This document shows positions 8,357 through 15,581 of a stretch of DNA of 32,000 nt, one piece after another (position 1 is the first letter of the stretch; every line of letters starts with the position of its first letter). The notes under the pieces are model-generated. The model saw only the letters and a list, made by a program, of their open reading frames with translations, was not told the origin of the DNA and did not search any database. Source of the stretch: Candidatus Electrothrix sp. GW3-4 (GTDB taxonomy: Bacteria > Desulfobacterota > Desulfobulbia > Desulfobulbales > Desulfobulbaceae); contig NZ_CP147990.1 of the NCBI RefSeq assembly GCF_037902255.1, forward strand, positions 60,001 to 92,000. Direction: 5' to 3'. The position numbers and the translations under genes were made by a program.

Positions 8357-9346
8357 TTAAAAATGAAGGAACCAACGCAGGTAGCAGCGATTCCCGGCCT
8401 CAGGGAATGCCGCGCTCTCATCGCCAGTGGCAATGAATCCGCCCGCACTGAGGGTCATCTCATCACTGAGGCTGTAGGAAACAGAGGGCGCAATAAGGAC
8501 GGAGTTGTCCTCAAGGTCGGTGAGGAGCAGGAGCTGGTAGGTCCAGAGCATGCCAGATTGAAAGCTCCATTGGATGGCCAGCTGGTCAGTCATATTTTGA
8601 TCAGAAAAGCGATACTCACCAAGCAGGGTAAGAGAATGAGCAAAACCATATTCTGCCCCGAGGATAAACTCGGTAAAGACCTCTCCTGTCTCCTGGTTAT
8701 GCAGTCGTCCGCCTTCGCTACGCAGTTCAATGTCAGTTCCAGGCAGACGTCCTTCCAGTTCCCAGCCGATAATATCCAGTGAGGTATCGGCCCCCCAGGA
8801 CCAGTTTCGGTCATTGCCGTTATCTTGAAGGACGATGAGTCCTATATCTGCATATTCCAGATATCCTTTGAGGCGGATCGCTGCCTTGCCGTCTGCGATG
8901 GTGAGGTCCAGGTTGGACAGCTCGCTTAAGGCGTACTCATAACGGATTGCATCGGTGCCGCTTCGCTCGTCGGTCTCGACCGCTTGGACATCAACAGGGT
9001 TAAAGACATCAATGGGATTCCAGATACGTCCCACGCCTAGAGGAATGCGTTGTTTACCAATGGACCAGAAATGGCGTTCGCCCTGGTATTGGCCATAGGC
9101 CCGATAGAGCGAGAGCTCGTTGTCCAGCTCGTTCGGAGAGGTCGTGTAGCTGGTTTCATTATCCACGATCAGGGTGGCCGCGAGGTTGCTGTACTGTTCA
9201 TGACTCAGGGAAAGCTCTGCGCGGATGCGGTTATAGTCTGTGCTCAGATGGGCGCGATCATAGCCTGCGATGTTGGTGTTTTCCAGGGCCAGTTCCGGGC
9301 TGATACTCAGGACCCCGGCCAGCAGGAGTTCAGGAATTCCGCTCAT
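8357..9346 (-). CDS. Putative outer-membrane beta-barrel protein with an atypical N-terminus
   Basis: Alternating amphipathic strand pattern, aromatic girdle residues and a C-terminal ...RWFLHF, whose terminal Phe is typical of OMPs. No canonical signal peptide is present. An in-frame TGA two codons upstream prevents N-terminal extension. Confidence 0.5.
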   Translation of the reverse strand: MSGIPELLLAGVLSISPELALENTNIAGYDRAHLSTDYNRIRAELSLSHEQYSNLAATLIVDNETSYTTSPNELDNELSLYRAYGQYQGERHFWSIGKQRIPLGVGRIWNPIDVFNPVDVQAVETDERSGTDAIRYEYALSELSNLDLTIADGKAAIRLKGYLEYADIGLIVLQDNGNDRNWSWGADTSLDIIGWELEGRLPGTDIELRSEGGRLHNQETGEVFTEFILGAEYGFAHSLTLLGEYRFSDQNMTDQLAIQWSFQSGMLWTYQLLLLTDLEDNSVLIAPSVSYSLSDEMTLSAGGFIATGDESAAFPEAGNRCYLRWFLHF

Positions 9347-10022
9347 TGGCGATCACCTTGCCGTCCTGGAGAATCACAGAGTGCCTGGCCTTGTCAATCA
9401 CCAGGGGGTCATGGGAGGAAAAGATGATGGTCACGCCTTCGTCTTCGTTGAGTCGCTGCATCATTTCCATCAGTGAGGTGGCAGTGGTGGAATCTAAGTT
9501 GGCAGTGGGTTCGTCGGCCAGGATTAATTTGGGCGTTGCGGCCACAGCCCTGGCCACGGCAACCCGCTGTTGCTGTCCCCCGCTCATCTGCGATGGCAGT
9601 TTGTCGAGCAGGCTGTCAATGGCCAGTTTTTCTGCAACCTCAATGGTGCGCCGGTCGCATTCTTCCTGTTTACGCCCTTGGAGTTTCATGACGTATTCAA
9701 TATTTTCCCGGGCAGTTAAAACCGGAATCAGGTTGTAGGCCTGGAAGACAAAGCCGATCTGGTCCCGCCGTACCTGCGAAAGATCGGCCTGGGACAGACC
9801 TGTAATGTGTTGGCCGTCAAGGGTTACCTTGCCACTGGTCGGGCTATCTAGGCCGCCGATGATATTGAGGAGGGTTGTTTTGCCACTGCCCGACGGCCCG
9901 GAGAGGACCGCGAGGTCGCCCTGTTCAACGGTAAGGTTAATATCATGAAGGGCCTGGACGCGTATCTCTTTGCTGGGGTGAAAGGTCTTATTAATCCTCA
10001 TTATGCGGAGAAAGTCGGTCAT
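9330..10022 (-). CDS. ABC transporter ATP-binding protein (LolD/MacB/FtsE-like)
   Basis: Walker A GPSGSGKTT, Q-loop, signature LSGGQQQRVAVARA, Walker B LILADEPT and H-loop SSHD. Its 3' end overlaps the downstream ORF by 17 nt. Confidence 0.9.
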   Translation of the reverse strand: MTDFLRIMRINKTFHPSKEIRVQALHDINLTVEQGDLAVLSGPSGSGKTTLLNIIGGLDSPTSGKVTLDGQHITGLSQADLSQVRRDQIGFVFQAYNLIPVLTARENIEYVMKLQGRKQEECDRRTIEVAEKLAIDSLLDKLPSQMSGGQQQRVAVARAVAATPKLILADEPTANLDSTTATSLMEMMQRLNEDEGVTIIFSSHDPLVIDKARHSVILQDGKVIANERNS

Positions 10023-10319
10023 TGTGGATTGAGAAGGTTATGGTGGCTGTCTGGAAAGGAAGCTTGTTTCGTTCTCCCTTTCTGGCTCGAATATGCGGAG
10101 TCGATCTCCGAATTGTTTATGGGCGTATTACGGAAGAGTTGTTGCGACACAGAGTAGCATACCCCTCTTGTGGAGGGATTTCAATATTTGCGGGAGGCGG
10201 TGGCAAGAAGTTTGTCAGGACTCAGCTGGAGAAGGCTTTGTTGTTTGATTTGCTCTTGCATTGGACGGCGCCACATTGTACTTTTAAGGCATTGTCTATA
10301 CAATATAAAGGAGGTTCCT

Positions 10320-10517
10320 GTGGAAAAAGAGTCTGTTCGTCGTCAGCAAGAAGACGATGATAATAATAACTTAGTTGCAAGACATATTCGTTTTCAGCCG
10401 GTGTATGCAGAATTGATTGATCGAGCCTGTGCTGATTTAAAGTTGACCCAAAGAGAGTTGCTTGAGGAATGCCTGAAAAGATCCTTGGGGGATCCAAGTG
10501 GCATTTTTGATGATTAA
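10320..10517 (+). CDS. Small (65 aa) ribbon-helix-helix-like protein
   Basis: A GTG start lies 5 nt after a strong AGGAGG (10309-10314). ARHIRFQP (strand), VYAELIDRACADL (helix) and TQRELLEECLKRSL (helix) fit a CopG/Arc-like RHH layout. The long ORF-track N-terminal extension from 10170 is unlikely. Confidence 0.5.
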   Translation: MEKESVRRQQEDDDNNNLVARHIRFQPVYAELIDRACADLKLTQRELLEECLKRSLGDPSGIFDD

Positions 10518-10922
10518 TCAGCTCGCCTGATTCGGTCTCTCCTGTTTTTTTATTTTTACCTTCCAAATAGCGTGTTGTTCGTTGGTAAGAAAAGACCTTG
10601 GTTTGTTGCATGCCCGGATGCCTGGGGGATCTTCCCTGGCAAATGAGTTCGTTGCCTTATTGTGTAGACGGTATGGGATATGGTAACCTTTACAAATATG
10701 CACTCAGGGTACAAGTATTTTCACCTTGACGGTTATGGTTAAGTTTTTTATACTTCCTGTGAAGAGACAAGAGGAAACATTGGGTGCCAATGCGTTCCAA
10801 GGCTCTTGAAAAGTACAATAGCCGTGTTGTTCTGATCGACTCATATGATATAGAGTAGCAGGTTGAAAGCATGGCGATAAAGTTTATTTTACTTATCAGG
10901 CTATTCTTGAGGTTGATTTGTT

Positions 10923-11102
10923 ATGGATAATGAAAAAGCAAGGCATGAGCGTATCAGTGAATTGAAAAATAAAATTTACTATGCAGAGAGCGCACGAGAT
11001 ATCTATAAGGAAAAACACCCTATTCTTTACAATACAAACGCCTTTTATGTTGATGCGTTAAAGCTAGAGTTGCGCGGTTTAGAGTGCTCTAAGCGGGTGT
11101 GA
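10923..11102 (+). CDS. Hypothetical 59-aa protein, below the ORF-track cutoff
   Basis: The ORF runs from ATG to TGA and reads MDNEKARHERISELKNKIYYAESARDIYKEKHPILYNTNAFYVDALKLELRGLECSKRV. GAGG lies 10 nt upstream, and a terminator-like hairpin follows at 11183-11219. Confidence 0.3.
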   Translation: MDNEKARHERISELKNKIYYAESARDIYKEKHPILYNTNAFYVDALKLELRGLECSKRV

Positions 11103-11182
11103 CCCCACATTTCTCGTAATATAAAGAGAAAACCCTGTTTGGTCCTTCCTCCTTTTTTCGTAGACACATTCAGTGTACCCTG

Positions 11183-11219
11183 CCGGGTGCGTGCTCTGCA
11201 CGTGACCCGGTTTTTCTTT
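11183..11219 (+). terminator. Rho-independent terminator-like hairpin
   Basis: CCGGGTGCGTGC-tct-GCACGTGACCCGG followed by TTTTTCTTT. Confidence 0.5.
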
Positions 11220-11448
11220 GCCCTGCCGTCTGGATGCCTTTTTTTGATGTTGGAAAGTAGCTTTTCTATGACGAGGAGAGGTCGTTTTCTATTTATTTCA
11301 AATTGTTGCGACGTTGTGTAGAGCCCATATATCGATATGTAAAAATTTGTACTTCTGGTGGGGGATGTTATACTTTAACCGCCTTGAGAGTGTGAGGCGT
11401 GCTGTTGAAGTATTTGGCTGAAAGGAAAAACCCAGCACGAAGCCCGGC

Positions 11449-11486
11449 AAATAAAAAAGGAGTTAGCAAAAGCTTGCTAACTCCTT
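11449..11486 (-). terminator. Rho-independent terminator of the tRNA operon
   Basis: On the - strand a 13-bp stem AAGGAGTTAGCAA/TTGCTAACTCCTT is followed by TTTTTTATTT, immediately 3' of tRNA-Glu. Confidence 0.8.
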
Positions 11487-11494
11487 GATATGAA

Positions 11495-11572
11495 TGGCGT
11501 CCCCAACCGGATTTGAACCGGTGTTGCCGGCGTGAAAGGCCGGTGTCCTGGACCAGACTAGACGATGGGGAC
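11495..11572 (-). tRNA. tRNA-Glu (anticodon UUC), CCA encoded
   Basis: The reverse complement is GTCCCCATCGTCTAGTCTGGTCCAGGACACCGGCCTTTCACGCCGGCAACACCGGTTCAAATCCGGTTGGGGACGCCA. Acceptor stem GTCCCCA/TGGGGAC, anticodon loop CTTTCAC and a GGTTCAAATCC T-loop are all present. Confidence 0.95.
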
Positions 11573-11580
11573 ATATATGT

Positions 11581-11656
11581 TGGTGGGTCGTGCGCGGCTC
11601 GAACGCGCGACTCTCTGCTTAAAAGGCAGATACTCTACCAGCTGAGTTAACGACCC
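11581..11656 (-). tRNA. tRNA-Lys (anticodon UUU), CCA encoded
   Basis: The reverse complement is GGGTCGTTAACTCAGCTGGTAGAGTATCTGCCTTTTAAGCAGAGAGTCGCGCGTTCGAGCCGCGCACGACCCACCA. Acceptor stem GGGTCGT/ACGACCC, anticodon stem TCTGC/GCAGA and loop CTTTTAA are all present. Confidence 0.95.
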
Positions 11657-11676
11657 TTATTGCTGAGAGCGAGGCA

Positions 11677-11706
11677 TTTATACCATCTTTTTCTGGTCTG
11701 TGTCAA
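11677..11706 (-). promoter_or_regulatory. Putative sigma70 promoter of the tRNA-Lys/tRNA-Glu operon
   Basis: On the - strand: TTGACA (11706-11701), an 18-nt spacer, then TATAAA (11682-11677), about 20 nt upstream of tRNA-Lys. Confidence 0.55.
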
Positions 11707-11933
11707 CTGAAAAAAGCATTCTCTGTTTGTTTTTTTTAGTTGAGCTCCTTTCTTGCCCTATAGTGCTTGTTGCTTCGTGCTATCTTTGTTATAAGAATTT
11801 GGTGTAGTTTGCATCCTTTTGGGCCTGTCTTGATTCTGTACATTTTTTGAATGAAAAAAGAGGGGCAGGAGGACGTCGCATCAGAGACAGCAGATAGCCC
11901 GTGCAGGGCTTTTTTCTTTTACCAGGATGATCT

Positions 11934-12539
11934 ATGGGATTATTATCAGGGACGGCCTCCTTCACCCGTTTTATGGTGGAAGGTGAGGTGCCGGAGGATT
12001 TTTGGGATTTTGTTGCCCGGCGGGTGGCAGAGCACTCTTTTCAGGATATCGACGATACCATTGATGAGTACTCCATTGGTTGGGTCTCGGTCGCAGACAT
12101 GTTTGATAGTGATTTTGCTTTCAGTTCCTATGCTGCCGGAGATTATGTGATTCTGTCCATGCGTATTGATGAGCGTAAGGTCTCGTCAGCAGTGCTGAAG
12201 AAATTTACTGCCAAGGAAGAGGCACGTATTCGCCAAGAACAAGAGGTGCAGCGTTTGAGCCGTAATGTTCGCCTGGAGATCAAGGAGCGGATTCGGGCGG
12301 AGTTGGTGCGCAAGTCCCCCCCCATCCCAGCGGTTTATGACCTCTGCTGGAACCTCTCCAGCAATACCCTGCTTTTTTTCTCCAACAGCCGTAAGGCCAT
12401 TGCCCTGCTGGAAGACCTGTTTAAGGAGACCTTTGAACTCTCCTTGATCATGCAGATCCCGTGGAATACTGCGCTGCAGCTGACAGATCAGGCTACTGCG
12501 GAAAAACTTGGCGACCTGCAACCCGCATTACTCATTTAA
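11934..12539 (+). CDS. rdgC: RdgC-like recombination-associated protein (short, 201 aa)
   Basis: The N-terminus TASFTRFMVEG, then IGWVSV, ILSMRIDERKVSSAVLKK and the later LLFFSNSRKAIALLEDLF follow the order of E. coli RdgC landmarks (WFKN..Y, MGWVPP, RKEEKILP, SAKKAEDTLALLRKSL). Confidence 0.55.
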   Translation: MGLLSGTASFTRFMVEGEVPEDFWDFVARRVAEHSFQDIDDTIDEYSIGWVSVADMFDSDFAFSSYAAGDYVILSMRIDERKVSSAVLKKFTAKEEARIRQEQEVQRLSRNVRLEIKERIRAELVRKSPPIPAVYDLCWNLSSNTLLFFSNSRKAIALLEDLFKETFELSLIMQIPWNTALQLTDQATAEKLGDLQPALLI

Positions 12540-12611
12540 CTGAGAGGAAAACAGGAAACGAGAGGATCGGGTGTTTTGTGTAACTCAATCTCGTTCACCT
12601 TTGAGGACTTT

Positions 12612-13166
12612 ATGGATTTAGTCGATCTTATAGAAGAAAAACGTTTTCTTGGTCAGGAATTTCTTGCCTGGCTCTGGTTCAAGAGCGAAGAACGGGGCGG
12701 AAGTATTGAGCTTCCTGAACGGGGTGATATCCTGGTTGCCTTTGAAAAGCATATGTTGCTGGAGTACGGTGAGGGGCCAGAGAGTGAAAAATTGATCTGC
12801 CGAGGGCTGCAAACTGAATTGCGAGAAGCCCGGACCGGATTGACCTTGGGGAAAAAACCAGAACAGGCCAGGGTCAAGGTCGGCAGCGGTGATTATGAGT
12901 TCAGTATCACCCTGACGGCGGCCACTATGGAGTTTCGTAGTGTCCGCTTGCCCAAGACTGCCGGGGCCGGTGATGGTGATGGCGATGACCCGGAGAGTTT
13001 TGAGGGGCAGGTGCTGGAGCGAATTTCTTTGTTTGAGGAGGGAATTGAGCTGGTCAACGAACTGTTTCGCCTTTTTATCAGTATCAGGACATCAGGTGAC
13101 TGGTCCGATGAACTGGTGAAGCTTCGTGCGTGGATCTACACCAGTGCGGATCAGCTTGCCCGGTAA
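12612..13166 (+). CDS. Hypothetical protein, partner of the RdgC-like gene
   Basis: ATG 12612 is preceded by GAGGA. FLGQEFLAWLWFKSE marks the N-terminal region, and an acidic Gly/Asp linker (GAGDGDGDD) follows. I recognise no family with confidence. Confidence 0.5.
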   Translation: MDLVDLIEEKRFLGQEFLAWLWFKSEERGGSIELPERGDILVAFEKHMLLEYGEGPESEKLICRGLQTELREARTGLTLGKKPEQARVKVGSGDYEFSITLTAATMEFRSVRLPKTAGAGDGDGDDPESFEGQVLERISLFEEGIELVNELFRLFISIRTSGDWSDELVKLRAWIYTSADQLAR

Positions 13167-13232
13167 AGGGCGATGGGTTGGGTGGAGTTTTTTTTGTAGA
13201 TACCGAAAAAAATAGAAATAGAAGAAAAGCAG

Positions 13233-14654
13233 ATGGAATTTGAAACCGTGATCGGGCTGGAAGTGCATGCCCAGATGAAGACAAAGAGTAAGATATTCTG
13301 CGGCTGTTCCACCGAGTTTGGTGCACCGCCCAACACTCATACCTGTCCGATCTGTTTGGGCATGCCAGGTTCGCTGCCCGTGTTGAATAAGCAGGTGGTG
13401 GAAAACGGTATTAAGCTGGCCTTGGTCACGGATTCTGCAATTAATCGGGAAAATCGTTTTGCCCGCAAGAATTATTTCTACCCTGATTTACCCAAGGGGT
13501 ACCAGATTTCGCAATTTGAGCTGCCCATTGCCGAGCACGGTCAGTTGGAGATTGAGGTTAGCGGCCAGAAAAAGGTCATTGGTATTACCCGGGCCCATAT
13601 GGAAGAGGATGCCGGTAAGCTGGTCCATGATGATCTGGAGCCGAACAGCTATGTGGATCTGAACCGGACCGGTACCCCGTTGCTGGAGATCGTTAGTGAG
13701 CCGGACCTGCGCTCGCCTGAAGAGGCCGTGGCCTATCTGAAAAAATTGCACGGCATTGTTCGTTATCTGGATATCTGCGACGGCAATATGCAGGAGGGGA
13801 GTTTCCGCTGTGATGCCAATATTTCGCTGCGTCCTAAGGGGCAGGAGGAATTTGGCACGCGTACGGAGCTCAAGAATATGAACTCATTCCGCAATGTGCA
13901 ACTGGCCCTGGAGTATGAGGAGCGCAGGCAGCGGGATGTCCTACTGGATGGAGGTAAGGTTATTCAATCCACCCTGCTCTGGAACCCGGACACCGGTCGA
14001 ACCGAGTCCATGCGCGGCAAGGAGGAGGCCCATGATTATCGCTATTTTCCAGATCCAGACCTGGTGCCGGTCCTTATTGACGAGGAATGGATTGAGCGGG
14101 TACGGGGTGAATTACCCGAGTTGGCCGGAGAACGACAGCAGCGCTTTATGGATGATCTGAGCTTGCCGGAAGACGTGGCGGCTATCCTGACCTCATCCCG
14201 AGATCTGGCTGATTTTTTTGAACAGGTCTGTGTAGAATACGATAATCCGAAAAAGGCGAGCAATTTTATTACCACGGAGCTGCTCAGAGAATATAGTCCT
14301 GAACAGATTAACGAATGCCCAGTGTCGGCACCGAACATGGCTGCTCTGCTCCAGATGGTGGAGAAAAATATTATCTCCGGTAAGATAGCCAAGACCGTGT
14401 TTGCCGATATGCTGGAATCTGGTGATGATCCGGAAAAAATCGTCAAGGAAAAAGGGCTGGTCCAGATGAGTGACGAGGGCGAGCTGGTCGCCATTGTCCG
14501 CGAGATCATCGAGGCCAATCCTGAGCAGGTCCAACAGTTCCGGGAGGGCAAGACCAAGGTCATGGGCTTCTTTGTCGGTCAGTTGATGCAGAAGACCAAG
14601 GGCAAGGCCAATCCGCAGCTGGCGAATAAATTATTTGCGGAGGAGCTGAAGTAA
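13233..14654 (+). CDS. gatB: Asp-tRNA(Asn)/Glu-tRNA(Gln) amidotransferase subunit B
   Basis: Canonical N-terminus [21 protein letters not shown], then [30 protein letters not shown] and HMEEDAGK, with a YqeY-like C-terminal tail. Confidence 0.95.
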   Translation: MEFETVIGLEVHAQMKTKSKIFCGCSTEFGAPPNTHTCPICLGMPGSLPVLNKQVVENGIKLALVTDSAINRENRFARKNYFYPDLPKGYQISQFELPIAEHGQLEIEVSGQKKVIGITRAHMEEDAGKLVHDDLEPNSYVDLNRTGTPLLEIVSEPDLRSPEEAVAYLKKLHGIVRYLDICDGNMQEGSFRCDANISLRPKGQEEFGTRTELKNMNSFRNVQLALEYEERRQRDVLLDGGKVIQSTLLWNPDTGRTESMRGKEEAHDYRYFPDPDLVPVLIDEEWIERVRGELPELAGERQQRFMDDLSLPEDVAAILTSSRDLADFFEQVCVEYDNPKKASNFITTELLREYSPEQINECPVSAPNMAALLQMVEKNIISGKIAKTVFADMLESGDDPEKIVKEKGLVQMSDEGELVAIVREIIEANPEQVQQFREGKTKVMGFFVGQLMQKTKGKANPQLANKLFAEELK

Positions 14655-14678
14655 TTTGAAGCGATTATCAAAATCGGT

Positions 14679-15338
14679 ATGTGTATGAACTGGATGTTCT
14701 GGAAAAAGAAAAGGGCCCGCGTGGATTGTTGCGGTCTGAGTTGCCCTCAGCCGGTTCTTGCGACTAAGGACGCCTTGGAGGCGGGCAATCGTCTTGTTGA
14801 GGTGGTGGTGGATAATGAGGCCGCTCAGAATAATGTCACCCGCTTTGCCCAGGAGCGAAACTGTACAGTCACCAGCTCCGGGCCGGAGGACGGCTGCTGG
14901 ACGCTCATGGTGAAAGCGGGCCGGGTCTGTCGTCGGAAACAAGCTGCTCCAGAGAACTACAGTTGCGCTTCCGCCACCTCTGCCGCATCAAGAGGAAACG
15001 GCGGGCTGGTGTATGTCATCTCCTCGGCCTCAATGGGGCGGGGAAGCGATGACCTGGGTTGGGCACTGCTCCAGACCTATGTGCAGACCATTCATAAGAT
15101 CAGCCCTCTGCCTGAGAAGATTGTATTGTATAATGAAGGGGTGAGGTTGGTGGCTGAAGACACTGGCGCCTTAAAGGCCTTGGAGCAGCTCCAGGACCAG
15201 GGCGTGGAGATTCTTGCCTGCGGCACCTGCCTGAACTTTTACGAGCTGACATCAGCACTCAGGGTCGGGAAGATTACTGATATGTATGCAATCATGAGCA
15301 CTGTCAATAATGCCGCCAAGGTGGTTAGCCCGTATTGA
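14679..15338 (+). CDS. yedF: YedF-like sulfurtransferase-type selenium-metabolism protein (TusA/SirA-like N-domain + DsrE-like C-domain)
   Basis: The CPxP motif is embedded in VDCCGLSCPQPVLATKDAL. The C-terminal half (LVYVISSASMGRGSDDLG...ILACGTCLNFY) is DsrE/YedF-like. Start codon is uncertain. Confidence 0.65.
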   Translation: MCMNWMFWKKKRARVDCCGLSCPQPVLATKDALEAGNRLVEVVVDNEAAQNNVTRFAQERNCTVTSSGPEDGCWTLMVKAGRVCRRKQAAPENYSCASATSAASRGNGGLVYVISSASMGRGSDDLGWALLQTYVQTIHKISPLPEKIVLYNEGVRLVAEDTGALKALEQLQDQGVEILACGTCLNFYELTSALRVGKITDMYAIMSTVNNAAKVVSPY

Positions 15339-15581
15339 TCCCTTTGGTCTGCCTGTTTTTTACAGCCGGTTGGCAAAAAGTGTATGGTATGGTATTCTAT
15401 GTTACGGTAGTTTTCAATTTTTTGTCAGTTCGCTAAAAGGACCTTTCCGTTATCGCCATAAGTTCATTGCTTGATCCCGTCCTTTGAGACGGACCTTCTA
15501 TTTTTGCATTTTCGACAGAATCGTTCGAGAACAGGTCGCCTTGCCTGACGATTCCGTCTGTATCTTTATTGGGAGTGGGTT

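Noticed and set aside
8066-8782. 238-aa + strand ORF antisense to the CPBP and beta-barrel genes
   Set aside because: The - strand genes have recognisable motifs (EExxxR, a terminal Phe). The + strand translation is low-complexity and charged, and it spans an intergenic gap of the opposite strand.
11139-11574. ORFs 11139-11321(+) and 11368-11574(-)
   Set aside because: The first runs through a terminator hairpin. The second is the antisense or sense translation of tRNA-Glu and its terminator.
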